NCBI GenBank assembly: GCA_035644195.1
Contig: DASQOZ010000070.1
Location: 463-64,462 of the forward strand
Length of the DNA: 64,000 bases
Direction: 5' to 3'
From: Candidatus Methylomirabilota bacterium
Lineage (GTDB): Bacteria; Verrucomicrobiota; Verrucomicrobiia; Limisphaerales; UBA11358
In this document: positions 25,672 through 35,365 of the stretch, in pieces
Layout: each line of letters starts with the position of its first letter
Position numbering within the stretch: position 1 is the stretch's first letter
Position numbers and translations under genes: made by a program
Notes under the pieces: generated by a model
The model's input: only the letters and a program-made list of their open reading frames with translations
Told to the model about the DNA's origin: nothing
Databases searched by the model: none

Positions 25672-28600
25672 ATGAGCGTAAAATTAGAACCCATCCGCCC
25701 CGACAAATTGTCGTCGCATCTCATCGCGCACATCAACGTCAAGCTCGCGCTCATCGGCTGCGCGCCGGTGGCGATTGAAGGCAACCGGGAATTTTCGGAA
25801 ATTGTTTCTGCGATGGCTGCACAATCGCGGGAGAAAGACCGGTTGCTTGGAAATTATCTCAATCCTGCCGACCAACGCATCCAAACTTTTCTTTTCGATT
25901 ACCTGCAAGATGTTCCGGTGCCGAAATTGCCGTCGCACACGTTCACACTCGACCGCGCCGGACTCGCGCGCGTGCTGTCGCTGCCGATTGACCGCAACGA
26001 ATTTCATTCAGAAATCATCAATTCCTATCGCGTCGCCAACGGCGTGCTGCACAATCCAAAAAGCGACCGGCGCACGACGCAGGGAATTTTTCACGTGACG
26101 GAGGGCGGTTTGCCGATTCCCGACGACAAACTCGGGGTGCCGAAAATCGCGTTCGCCAAAATGCTCGCGCTGGCGCTCAACCCGCCGCGCGAAATCATGC
26201 GGCTTCCATTTACTGCCACACAGGCGCAACCGGCGGAATGTTTCGTCTCGCTGCTGCTCCGCCCGATTGTTTGCCCGGAAGTTCCCGGCTTCACGCCGGA
26301 AAAAACGATGGAAATCCGATTTTTTGTTCCGGGAAATCTCGTTAGCAACCTGGATTTTATCGAAAGCATTTTCGGAAACGGCGGCGATCCGATTTTGCCT
26401 GAAAATGATTCCGCGCTTGATGCTGAACATTGGACTGGTCACACCGGCTGCGTCATCCTCGCGCCGCATTTAACCAAAGCGACAAAAAAATCCGTCGGCC
26501 TGCCGCATTGGGACAAAGCGACGGAACGCCAGCGTCGCGACGGGATGTGCTGGAAAAATGAAAATGAACTCTACAACAACGGCAGCGCCTTTAAGCTGAC
26601 CTGCCGGGACGAATCCGGCGTCATCGTCACGCTCATCGCGGACAATTACTACGGCTATTGCAAAAAAGAAGTGAAGACGCAAATCAGTTTCGCCGCGAAT
26701 CTTTTTGGCAATTGCGAGGAGGAGCACGCAGGCGGCGCGCTGGTTTTTCCGAGCTACGACCTCGGCGAGGAATTCAGCGGCGACGTCCATGTCAAGCGCA
26801 TGGGCTATTCGTTCACGGACATGACTTCGCGCTTCGGCAGCGCGATGGACGTGAAGCAGGAAGGTTTTGCAGTGGACAAAAAATTTCCCGAAATCATTTA
26901 TGTCCCCGAAATGGCGCACTTCGACCTGCATAACCAGAAAATCTCATGGGAAAATGCCGGCGGCAAACACAGCATCAAATTGCAGCCGGAAAAAACTTAC
27001 GTCCGCCCGTCCGGCTACAAGGTGAAAATGGAAAAACCGCCGGGCGCGCACCGGATGTGGCGACTCGTCGGCACCGTCGCGGAAGGAACTCTTTGCCACA
27101 AACCCAGCACGGTTTCCGGCGGCGGCAAATCGGAAATTTCAAAACCGATCACCGATGCGATTTTGACCGGGCCTGTTTTTGTCACCGATTTCAAAGCGGA
27201 TTTTGATCGCGTCGCCGAATGGATTGACCACGATTATGCGAACCGGTTTGCCGACAAGACGAAAAAAGATTCGCGCTCGATTCTTGCGGCGGAACGTTCG
27301 CTCGGCTCGGTCATCAAATTGCTCACGCCGGACAAACGCGAATACACCCCCGATTACAACACATGGCTGAATTCGATCCCGCAATACGTCAAGGAACTTG
27401 TCTTCGTCGTGAAGCGTTATTACAAGCCGGAGTGGAACACGAATTGGCGCGACCACTTCAGCGTGGACATCATCAACGGCATTCCGGGCAACGAACTGAA
27501 ATGCGATAATCGCAAAATTGTGACGACGTATTTGCGCGTCGGTTTCGACGATGATGGCGCGTGGCGGACGTTTGGCTTGCGAAAAGATTTTCATCCGTCC
27601 GTGAAAATCCAAACGGAAGACGACATCACCGCGTCGGTGATTGTGCCGCCAGCCGCAATTGAAAATGTTCCGAACGCGGACAAAAATTCCGCGCTCAAGT
27701 TCGTCAAAAATTGCGAACAGCGTTTGTTCCAACGGCCGGACGACGCGATTCATCGCGGCTACGACAAACAGGCCGAATCCGATTTCGCGCAACCGGACAA
27801 TTTCTTTTCCAATTACGAACCGCTACCGGCGAAAGCCGCGCATGAATTGATCGAGGACGCGATCGGCTTTTATCAATTCACCGAGCCGATGCAATCGCTC
27901 ATCCGCGAAATTGCTGAAGTTGGCCAGCCGGAATTTTTTGTGTCAACCGCACATCCCCGATTGGTTGACGGCAAGCCGAGTAAAAATCCGCGTTACTTGC
28001 AAAAGCGTCCCGACCTCGTCAATCCGCGCGAAAGTTATCTGGCGGAAATGGCCGCGCGATTGCGGCGTCGCGTGCCGTTGAGCGAACCGCTGCATACGCC
28101 TGTATCCGTCGTATTGCCCGGACGCCGCAACAATCCGCCGGAACACGGCATCCGCTCGCTCGCCTGTTACAATCCGATTCATTTCATGGAGTTGCCGGAA
28201 TTGTTCATGGAATTTATTTGCAGCATGACGGGCAAATCGCCTTCGACGACGGGCGCGGGTTCGGAAGGCGCGTTGACCAAAGGCTCGTTCAACGCACTGC
28301 CGCCAATCATTGACCTGAACAACGCGCTCGTCTCGTTTATTCTCACCGGCCATAACGCGTTCGTGACGGCTGCCGGTTTTGTCGGACCAAAAGTGCGCGT
28401 GGACCACGACGTGAGTTTGATTGTGCCGGAAGTTTTTTGCCGGATGTCGCCGGAAGAGCGCGATCCGAAGTTTTTAATTGAAAATCATTTTCTGGAAAAG
28501 TGCGAAGACTTCGAGCACAACGGAAAAAAAACCCTCGCCAGCCATCTCGGTTATCGCATCAACGCGCGATTTGTTCACTCATTTTTTGGCCGTGTGTTCA

Positions 28601-29088
28601 ATCATCCGCACGCCGTGTTCACGGAAGAAATGTTGAAACCGGAATTGCAGAGCGCGGATATTTTTGCGGACGGCATGGACAACATCGTCGCCACGCAAAA
28701 GCGCGTCGCCAGAATGTATTTTGACGATGGCAGCATCGCACAGGCGTGCCCGCCGTTGAAGACGTTGCTCCACATCATGCTCAATGACGAATGTGAGGGC
28801 AAAGGGCTTGGCCATCCCGAAGTCCGGAAACTTTTTATGCGCGAACATCTTCTGGCAAGTGACTGGTATGCGGCGCGGCTCGTAGCCAAGCAAAAAATTG
28901 ACTGTTTGTTATGGAAGCGACACGTTGAATATCTCAACCAGTTTTTGCGCAAGCCAAGCCACGGAGACGTGGCCGGCAGTTTGAAAATTTCAGGGCGCTT
29001 GACATATGCGCGAAAAAAATTGGAGGAGATCGAATCAGCGGATTACCTGGACAAATTATCCGGCACGCTTGGCGCAGAACCCGTCTAA
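25672..29088 (+). CDS. Large conserved cytoplasmic protein, candidate PPi-dependent PEP carboxykinase family
   Basis: 1138 aa with no TM helix or signal peptide. The size matches the roughly 130-kDa PPi-PEPCK class, and there is a P-loop-like VSGGGKSEISK. The family assignment rests on memory of size and motif only and has not been verified. Confidence 0.35.
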   Translation: MSVKLEPIRPDKLSSHLIAHINVKLALIGCAPVAIEGNREFSEIVSAMAAQSREKDRLLGNYLNPADQRIQTFLFDYLQDVPVPKLPSHTFTLDRAGLARVLSLPIDRNEFHSEIINSYRVANGVLHNPKSDRRTTQGIFHVTEGGLPIPDDKLGVPKIAFAKMLALALNPPREIMRLPFTATQAQPAECFVSLLLRPIVCPEVPGFTPEKTMEIRFFVPGNLVSNLDFIESIFGNGGDPILPENDSALDAEHWTGHTGCVILAPHLTKATKKSVGLPHWDKATERQRRDGMCWKNENELYNNGSAFKLTCRDESGVIVTLIADNYYGYCKKEVKTQISFAANLFGNCEEEHAGGALVFPSYDLGEEFSGDVHVKRMGYSFTDMTSRFGSAMDVKQEGFAVDKKFPEIIYVPEMAHFDLHNQKISWENAGGKHSIKLQPEKTYVRPSGYKVKMEKPPGAHRMWRLVGTVAEGTLCHKPSTVSGGGKSEISKPITDAILTGPVFVTDFKADFDRVAEWIDHDYANRFADKTKKDSRSILAAERSLGSVIKLLTPDKREYTPDYNTWLNSIPQYVKELVFVVKRYYKPEWNTNWRDHFSVDIINGIPGNELKCDNRKIVTTYLRVGFDDDGAWRTFGLRKDFHPSVKIQTEDDITASVIVPPAAIENVPNADKNSALKFVKNCEQRLFQRPDDAIHRGYDKQAESDFAQPDNFFSNYEPLPAKAAHELIEDAIGFYQFTEPMQSLIREIAEVGQPEFFVSTAHPRLVDGKPSKNPRYLQKRPDLVNPRESYLAEMAARLRRRVPLSEPLHTPVSVVLPGRRNNPPEHGIRSLACYNPIHFMELPELFMEFICSMTGKSPSTTGAGSEGALTKGSFNALPPIIDLNNALVSFILTGHNAFVTAAGFVGPKVRVDHDVSLIVPEVFCRMSPEERDPKFLIENHFLEKCEDFEHNGKKTLASHLGYRINARFVHSFFGRVFNHPHAVFTEEMLKPELQSADIFADGMDNIVATQKRVARMYFDDGSIAQACPPLKTLLHIMLNDECEGKGLGHPEVRKLFMREHLLASDWYAARLVAKQKIDCLLWKRHVEYLNQFLRKPSHGDVAGSLKISGRLTYARKKLEEIESADYLDKLSGTLGAEPV

Positions 29089-29202
29089 AATGTCTGGCAG
29101 AAACGTTGAGAAAATTATTCCCATAAGCCGCGTTTACTGACAGGTGGACGATTTTTCCCCTTGTTTGAACCGAAAATTCTCGAATTGCCGAGGAAACGGA
29201 CA

Positions 29203-29292
29203 TGGCGGAAGGGGTGGGATTCGAACCCACGGCAGCCTTGCGACTACTCCTGATTTCGAGTCAGGTGCCTTTAACCACTCAGCCACCCTTCC
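29203..29292 (-). tRNA. tRNA-Ser (anticodon CGA), encoded CCA
   Basis: The reverse complement is GGAAGGGTGGCTGAGTGGTTAAAGGCACCTGACTCGAAATCAGGAGTAGTCGCAAGGCTGCCGTGGGTTCGAATCCCACCCCTTCCGCCA. It has a 7-bp acceptor stem, the anticodon loop CT-CGA-AA, a long variable arm and a GGTTCGAATCC T-arm. Confidence 0.9.
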
Positions 29293-29308
29293 ATTATCAT
29301 TGATTTAA

Positions 29309-29899
29309 TTGACTTTTTTTGCATTCCTGCAAATCGTCAATTTACATTTTCTATACTATACGCTGAAAGCGAGTTCACAGCATAAAACAGAAGCACGTTG
29401 GCAAAAAACGCCCGTGGCCAATCTCATGCGCTACGTTCAATCAGGAAACTACTATGCCCGAATTCGCGTGCGCAGCAAGTTGATTTGGAAATCGCTCAAG
29501 ACCGACCGAATCAGCGTCGCCAAATTGCGCTTGAGCGATTTTCAAAGAGAGGAACGCCCGCGCGCCGCCGCGCGCAAGGCCGTTGCGCTGCAAACTTACC
29601 GGGAACGGCTGAAGGGCGACCACTCTCTCAAAGAGCGAAGCAAAACATATCGGGAAGAACGAATCTCTGCTCTGTTGAAATCGTGGCTCGTTCTGGCCGA
29701 AAAAGATATTTCTCAAATTTCAAAATCCGACTGTTTGAATTGGGCTGCCGAATACGGATTGAAAGCCAGCCCGTCATCTTTTAATAACACGGTGGGCACG
29801 CTCAAGCAGATTTTGGACGTCGCGGTCGAGGCTGGGGCGCGTTATGACAATCCGGCTGTTCACAATCTAACGGTGATTCACCGAAATTTTCGTGAGTGA
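29309..29899 (+). pseudogene. Tyrosine recombinase (phage integrase) N-terminal fragment
   Basis: YYARIRVRSKLIWKSLKTDRISVAKLRL (arm-binding region) and SFNNTVGTLKQILDVAVEAGARYDNPA (SAM-like core-binding domain). The ORF stops before any R..HxxR..Y catalytic domain. It is followed by 280 nt of AT-rich non-coding DNA. Confidence 0.6.
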
Positions 29900-30177
29900 T
29901 TAAAATTCACAATCTATTTTTATTTTACCCGCATGATTGATTTCCCTGCGATGCTCACCAGATGGCTCCGGCCAAAAGGCACGCAGTAGGTTTTCAAATA
30001 ATTTTTATTCGCGTTGATTTTCATGTAATCACATTGGTTTTATTGGCGATTGTTGCTTTCTGCCGATTTGATTTAGCACCTCTCCTTTGGCTTTGATTTG
30101 ATGCTTTTTGCTCTAAAACACAAAATGGCATCAGATTGACTGCCTTTTATTTTAATGGCCTCGCAACAATTTTCCCA

Positions 30178-31164
30178 TCACCCGCCGATGGCGGTCATCA
30201 CGCGCTGCGGCTGGTAATTCTCGCGGAACAGATGTTCGGAAGGCTTTTGCACGAGCGTTTCACAAATCAATTTGTGCAAATACGCCGCGTCAATCTGCGG
30301 ACGCAACGCCAGCTTCAAATCCGTTTCCAAATGGTTGCCGAGGCACGGACGCAATTTGCCATCGCACGTCAGCCGCATCTTGTTGCAACGCTCGCAAAAA
30401 TGCAGGTCGCTCAACGCGCCGATCAAACCCATCGTCACGCCGCGTTTTTTGAGGCGAAAATATTTTGCCGGGCCAAAACCGAATGATTCCGTGAGCGGCT
30501 CCATCTCATCCTCGCGTCGCAGCTTCGCAAACAATTCCGTGACCGGGAAAAAATTCTTTTCGCTCAACATTTCCGTCAGGCTTACGGGCATCAATTCGAT
30601 GAAACGGATCGCGACATCGTGTTCCGCCGCGAAGTCGAGCAGCCGGAAAACTTCGCCGTCATTTTTCCCGCGCATCAGGACCGTGTTCAGCTTCACCGAC
30701 TCGAAACCGAGTTCTTTCACAAGCTTGATGCCGCGTAAAACCGGCGCGACATCGCCGTTCGTAATCGCGCGGTAAATCGCCGGGTCGAGAGCATCGAGAC
30801 TGATGTTGATGCGGCGCAAACCCGCGTCAAACAAGGGTTTTGCGAGTTCCTGCAATCGCGTGCCGTTCGTCGTGAGCAGCACCGATTCGACGCCCGGCGT
30901 GGCAATCAAATCGCGGATAAAATCCACCGCGCCTGGACGGATCAGCGGTTCACCGCCAGTCACGCGAAACCGTTTGAAGCCCAGCGCCGTCGTCGCGCGC
31001 ACGATGGCGAGCAGTTCGTCGTAGGCGAGAATTTCCCCGCGCGGCAGCCAGTCGGCGTAATTTTCCGGCAGGCAATACAGACAGCGTTCGTTGCACCGGT
31101 CGGTGATCGAGATGCGCAAATAGTCAACTGTGCGCCCGAACGAGTCTGTGCGATTCAAATTCAT
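30178..31164 (-). CDS. moaA: GTP 3',8-cyclase MoaA
   Basis: Radical-SAM motif CNERCLYCLPE and a C-terminal cluster region CERCNKMRLTCDGKLRPCL. Confidence 0.9.
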   Translation of the reverse strand: MNLNRTDSFGRTVDYLRISITDRCNERCLYCLPENYADWLPRGEILAYDELLAIVRATTALGFKRFRVTGGEPLIRPGAVDFIRDLIATPGVESVLLTTNGTRLQELAKPLFDAGLRRINISLDALDPAIYRAITNGDVAPVLRGIKLVKELGFESVKLNTVLMRGKNDGEVFRLLDFAAEHDVAIRFIELMPVSLTEMLSEKNFFPVTELFAKLRREDEMEPLTESFGFGPAKYFRLKKRGVTMGLIGALSDLHFCERCNKMRLTCDGKLRPCLGNHLETDLKLALRPQIDAAYLHKLICETLVQKPSEHLFRENYQPQRVMTAIGG

Positions 31165-31664
31165 TTCTTATTCGCTACTTTTCCATGCGGATCGTCACCG
31201 CGCAAGTGAGCCAACCCTTCGCGAATCGCCGGTGACAAAATTTCCAGACATTCGCGCACCGCCGACGGCTTGCCTGGCAAATTGACAATCAATGATTTTC
31301 CGCGCGTGCCCGCGACCGCGCGCGATAAAATTGCCGTCTTCACTTTGGCGAACGATTGCACGCGCATGATTTCGCCGAAGCCGGGCAGCTCCTTTTCCAA
31401 AATAATTTTTGTAGCTTCCGGCGTCACGTCGCGCACGGAAATTCCCGTGCCGCCTGTTGTCACAATTAAATCGCATTTCAACTCATCCGCGAACTTTTTC
31501 AATGCCGCCGAAATCAAATCAATTTCATCCGGCACAATCGCCGATTCAAATTTCGCCGCGCCACCAAGAAATTCGCGCAGCACGCTTTCAATTTCCGGCC
31601 CGCTGCGGTCTTCGTAAATCCCCGCGCTCGCGCGGTCGCTGATGGTGATGCGCCCGATTTTCAT
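31161..31664 (-). CDS. mog: Molybdopterin adenylyltransferase MogA/MoaB-type
   Basis: TISDRASAG...DLIVTTGGTGISVRDVTPEAT motif. 4-nt overlaps on both sides. Confidence 0.8.
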   Translation of the reverse strand: MKIGRITISDRASAGIYEDRSGPEIESVLREFLGGAAKFESAIVPDEIDLISAALKKFADELKCDLIVTTGGTGISVRDVTPEATKIILEKELPGFGEIMRVQSFAKVKTAILSRAVAGTRGKSLIVNLPGKPSAVRECLEILSPAIREGLAHLRGDDPHGKVANKK

Positions 31665-32110
31665 TCCTTGATTTTCTTTGCAACGCGGATGTTTTCAATC
31701 CGCATCGTCTTGTCCACAGCCTTGCACATGTCGTAAAGAGTCAGCGCCGCCACGCAAACGCCCGTGAGCGCTTCCATCTCCACGCCGGTCTGCGCGCACG
31801 TCTCCGCCGCGCAAAAAATCTCAATCGCCGCCGCGCGCACTTTGAAAGTCACTTCGACATGGTTCAACGCCAGCGGATGACACAGCGGGATCAATTCGCC
31901 CGTCCGCTTCGCCGCCTGGATTCCGGCAATCTGCGCCACCGTCAGAACATCGCCTTTTGGCAGCGCATTTTTTTTCAACGCGCGAATCGTTGCCGGCGCA
32001 CAAACCAATTTTCCTTCGGCCACCGCGCGCCGCTGTTGGATTGGTTTTGCGCCCACGTTCACCATGCGCGCCGCGCCCGCCGCGTTGAGATGGGAAAATT
32101 TCTTTTTCAT
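31661..32110 (-). CDS. moaC: Cyclic pyranopterin monophosphate synthase MoaC
   Basis: MVNVGAKP...KGDVLTVAQIAGIQAAKRTGELIPLCHPL is the typical MoaC core. Confidence 0.9.
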   Translation of the reverse strand: MKKKFSHLNAAGAARMVNVGAKPIQQRRAVAEGKLVCAPATIRALKKNALPKGDVLTVAQIAGIQAAKRTGELIPLCHPLALNHVEVTFKVRAAAIEIFCAAETCAQTGVEMEALTGVCVAALTLYDMCKAVDKTMRIENIRVAKKIKE

Positions 32111-32114
32111 CGAA

Positions 32115-33794
32115 TCACGAACCCATCATACTTCTCAACGGTAAAAATTCCAACTCCGCTCCCGCTTCCAACTCCGCACAATTCACCGGCACGCGAATCA
32201 GCGCGTTCGCCGCTGCGAAGCAAGTCACGTCGCCGGAACTCGACCATTTCAGCGGATGCAAATTTATTTCGCCGTTCAAAAACTCCAACCGTGCCGGCCA
32301 GAGCGTTTCGCGCGGACACGGCTTGTCGTCCAATTTTGTGGCGAGCCTGCCACGCATAAATTTTGGCGCAATTTCGCCGGTCAGTTTCGCGAGCGCCGTG
32401 GCGACGGCGAAATGAAAACAGACAAAATGCGAGAGCGGGTTGCCCGGCAAACCAAACGCCACGCGCGAACCGTTCACGCCGAAGATGAGCGGCTTGCCAG
32501 GACGCACGTTGACTTGTGAAAAAGCGGTTTCAAAACCGAGCCGTTCCAGCAGCGGACGCGTGAAATCTTTGTCGCCGACACTCGCTCCTCCGGAAATCAA
32601 AATCAAATCCGCCGCCGCGATGCGGTTCAAATCAAGTTGCGCCCACGCCGCCTCAAAATTTTCCGGCAGATGTTTCTGGTCCAAGTCACACGAAAAGTTT
32701 TGCAACAGGCCGCGAATCAAAATCGAATTGCTGTCGCGGATTTGCCCCGGCTCCGGCGTTTGATCAGGCGGAATAATCTCATCGCCCGTCGTGAAGTGTG
32801 CCACGCGCAATCGTGGACTCACCAGCGGCTGCGTGCAGCCCGCCGTCGCCAGCAACGCGAGTTTGCCCGCGTCCAGCCGCACGCCGGATTTCATGAGCGG
32901 CTGTCCAGCCTTCACATCTTCGCCGCGCTTGCGGAGGCTTGATCCACTTTCGAGTTTTGTGATTTTAATTTTGTCGCCGTTGCGCTCGACGTGTTCCTGC
33001 ATTACTACGCGCACACCGTCGCACGGCAACGCCGCGCCCGTCGCCACGCGCACCGCTTCACCGCGCCGGAGCAGGCGCGGTTTCCAATCCGCCGCGTGGA
33101 TCGTGTCCACGATTTGAAAATTGTCGGACGCATCATCGGCCAGAATTGCGTAACCATCGCGCGTGGAGCGGTCATTCGGCGGCAAATCTTCCGGCGCGCA
33201 AACCGTTTCGCGCAGCACGCGGCCAAAAGATTCTTCCAGCGGAACGCGAACCGGCGGCAACGGCTGGCAGCTCGAACTGATTTCCGAAATAGCTTCGTCC
33301 AACGATTTGTAGGAGACGACGTGAGGGGTCTCTGATTTTTTTGAAGTGAGACTCGTCACCTCGTCTCCTACAAAATCAATTGGCAACGCGCGTCGTTTCC
33401 AGATCGGCACGTCGCGTTTGAGGCCATCCATGAATTCGCCGGTCAACGCGATGGCTTCCGCGCGATGCCTGGCGGCGACGCCAAGATAAATTGCCGTTTC
33501 GCCGACGGGAATGATTCCGACGCGATGAATCACTTTGGCGGCGAGACACGGATGCCGCGTGGAAATGTCCTGAATCAGCCGCCGGATTTCGCGCGCGGCC
33601 ATTTCAGGATAGGCTTCATATTCAAGCGCGGAAATTGTTCCGCCATTTTCTTCATCACGGACCAAGCCGCGAAATTCAATCCACGCACCAAGCGCGGTCT
33701 TTGCAGACGGCCACCATTGCGGCGGAGAAATTTTTTCCGCAATCGGTCCTTTCGTGAGTTGAATTTCAATTTCCATGCGACAAAATAATTTCAT
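32115..33794 (-). CDS. MoaE-MoeA fusion protein (molybdopterin synthase catalytic subunit + molybdopterin molybdenumtransferase)
   Basis: The N-terminal roughly 145 aa are MoaE-like (EYEAYPEMA...DVPIWKR). The rest is MoeA-like (SLDEAI...RSTRDGYAI...SGGASVGDKD). The joint is the repeat-encoded DFVGDEVTSLTSKKSETPHVVSYK. Confidence 0.85.
   Translation of the reverse strand: MKLFCRMEIEIQLTKGPIAEKISPPQWWPSAKTALGAWIEFRGLVRDEENGGTISALEYEAYPEMAAREIRRLIQDISTRHPCLAAKVIHRVGIIPVGETAIYLGVAARHRAEAIALTGEFMDGLKRDVPIWKRRALPIDFVGDEVTSLTSKKSETPHVVSYKSLDEAISEISSSCQPLPPVRVPLEESFGRVLRETVCAPEDLPPNDRSTRDGYAILADDASDNFQIVDTIHAADWKPRLLRRGEAVRVATGAALPCDGVRVVMQEHVERNGDKIKITKLESGSSLRKRGEDVKAGQPLMKSGVRLDAGKLALLATAGCTQPLVSPRLRVAHFTTGDEIIPPDQTPEPGQIRDSNSILIRGLLQNFSCDLDQKHLPENFEAAWAQLDLNRIAAADLILISGGASVGDKDFTRPLLERLGFETAFSQVNVRPGKPLIFGVNGSRVAFGLPGNPLSHFVCFHFAVATALAKLTGEIAPKFMRGRLATKLDDKPCPRETLWPARLEFLNGEINLHPLKWSSSGDVTCFAAANALIRVPVNCAELEAGAELEFLPLRSMMGS
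33308..33372. repeat. GTAG...CTAC palindromic element (copy C) at the moaE/moeA joint
   Basis: tgtaggagacgacgtgaggggtctc tgatttttttgaagt gagactcgtcacctcgtctcctaca. The arm sequences are closest to copy A. Confidence 0.8.
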
Positions 33795-34030
33795 CCGCCC
33801 GACACCGGAGGAATCAACGCCACTTCATCCGAACCTGAAAAAACCGTTTGTTCATCGGCGTATTCCCAATTGCACGCGAGCCGGGTGTTTTTTTTATGAT
33901 CTGCCAGCGCGGGAATTTTTTCGGTCAAAATTTTCCAAAGCTGTTCGCCGTTCAGCGGCGATGCCGGCGCAAGTTCCATTTCGGCGCAGCCGGCCACGTC
34001 CTTGAGCTGGGCAAAAAATAAAACGCGCAT
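33791..34030 (-). CDS. moaD: Molybdopterin synthase sulfur carrier MoaD
   Basis: I prefer the internal start MRVLFFAQLKD. The C-terminus ends ...PPVSGG. An ATGA overlap joins it to the moaE start. Confidence 0.7.
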   Translation of the reverse strand: MRVLFFAQLKDVAGCAEMELAPASPLNGEQLWKILTEKIPALADHKKNTRLACNWEYADEQTVFSGSDEVALIPPVSGG

Positions 34031-34043
34031 GACGAATGAGAAT

Positions 34044-34805
34044 TCAACCCGCCGCTTCCAGCAACAATTTTCCGCCGGCAAAAATCAGCACGCCCGCCAG
34101 CACGCGGCTGAAGGTGACGCTGCTCCAGCGCCGCGCGCCGAGATGCGTGCCGAGCAGCGCGCCGATGACGGCGGGCAGCGTGAGCCAGAGCAGCGGCCCG
34201 GCGTGCGTGATTTTTTCCCAGCCCGCGCCGACGAGTCCGGCGATGGAGTTCACCACGATGAATCCCGCCGCGATGCCGCCGGTGGTTTTTGGTTTCACCC
34301 AGCGGAACAGATAAAGCAGCGGACTCAAAAAAACTCCGCCGCCGATTCCTGTCAATCCCGCCAGAAATCCCAGCACCGCGCCGACAAGCAATGCGACCGG
34401 CAAAAAACATTTTCGCACGGCGACATCATCCGTCTGCCAGCGAGAACGGAACAGCAGAATAATTCCGGCAACCGACAGAACCGCGCCCAAAATAATTTTG
34501 TAAGTTTGCGCGCTGACGTGGATTTTGCTGCCGAGAAAAGCCAATGGAATTGAGGCGATGGCGAACGAAAGAAAAATTTTCCACTCGAAATGCCCGGCCT
34601 TGTAAAATCGCCAGAACGCGATGCTGGCGACGAAAATGTTGACTATCAACACCGCCACCTTGGCGGACGCGGGCGCGACGCCGAGCAGCGCAAGCGCGGC
34701 GAGATAACCCGTCGCGCCGCCATGGCCGACGGAGGAATAAAAAAATGCGACGCCGAAAACGGCGGCGATCAGGACTGTCCAATTCAATGTCGTCAGGTCG
34801 TGCAT
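34044..34805 (-). CDS. TauE/SafE family sulfite-exporter-like membrane protein
   Basis: 253 aa with about 8 TM helices and a Gly-rich repeat pattern (GGGVFLSPLL) typical of TauE/SafE. Confidence 0.7.
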   Translation of the reverse strand: MHDLTTLNWTVLIAAVFGVAFFYSSVGHGGATGYLAALALLGVAPASAKVAVLIVNIFVASIAFWRFYKAGHFEWKIFLSFAIASIPLAFLGSKIHVSAQTYKIILGAVLSVAGIILLFRSRWQTDDVAVRKCFLPVALLVGAVLGFLAGLTGIGGGVFLSPLLYLFRWVKPKTTGGIAAGFIVVNSIAGLVGAGWEKITHAGPLLWLTLPAVIGALLGTHLGARRWSSVTFSRVLAGVLIFAGGKLLLEAAG

Positions 34806-35365
34806 GGCAAATCGGCGGGCAAGTTCCAGTTGGCAAAATATATTGCTTCGCTCGCAGGTGGTTCAACGAACCGGGCGAGGCCGGATCGGACGCATTGTCC
34901 GGCAAAATCTTTTACGGCGAAACATCCGTTTTCAAGCTGCGCCATTGCCAGCGCATGAGTTGATTTCGGATAAATCGCAACGAGCGGTTCGATGTGGCCG
35001 GACAACTTTGGAATGACCCCGCAAGTTTCCGAACAACCGCCGGCCAGCCGCTGCAAAAATTCCGCAGTCATTTCGGGCAAATCTATCGCCAGCACGAGCA
35101 GCGATGAAGTCGTTGCGGCATCGAGCGCGCTTTCGATTCCGGTGAGCGGCCCGGCATCGGGAAATTTATCCAGCAACACACGGCGCTCGAATGCGGAGTA
35201 ATTTGTCCCTGGGCAACCGGAAATAAAAATTTCTGCCGCGCCTGCTTCCCGCGCGAGTTGAATCTGCCGCGCCAGCAAAGTTTGTCCGCCAATTTTCAAA
35301 AACGCCTTGTCGCAACCCATGCGCGAGGATTTTCCACCGGCGAGAATGACGGCGCTGAAGTTCAT
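34793..35365 (-). CDS. mobA: Molybdenum cofactor guanylyltransferase MobA
   Basis: The N-terminal signature is AVILAGGKSSRMGCDKAFL. Confidence 0.8.
   Translation of the reverse strand: MNFSAVILAGGKSSRMGCDKAFLKIGGQTLLARQIQLAREAGAAEIFISGCPGTNYSAFERRVLLDKFPDAGPLTGIESALDAATTSSLLVLAIDLPEMTAEFLQRLAGGCSETCGVIPKLSGHIEPLVAIYPKSTHALAMAQLENGCFAVKDFAGQCVRSGLARFVEPPASEAIYFANWNLPADLPCTT

Noticed and set aside
25503-25784. The 93-aa minus-strand ORF spanning the promoter and start region of the 1138-aa gene.
   Set aside because: It overlaps the start of the large gene in antisense and is in a different frame from the Rlu-like remnant. It has no motif or coupling signal.
29900-30177. A possible small gene or ncRNA in the AT-rich gap after the integrase fragment.
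   Set aside because: There is no ORF of 60 aa or more, no stable conserved-looking structure, and no promoter/terminator pair. It is best explained as decayed integrase or island-end DNA.
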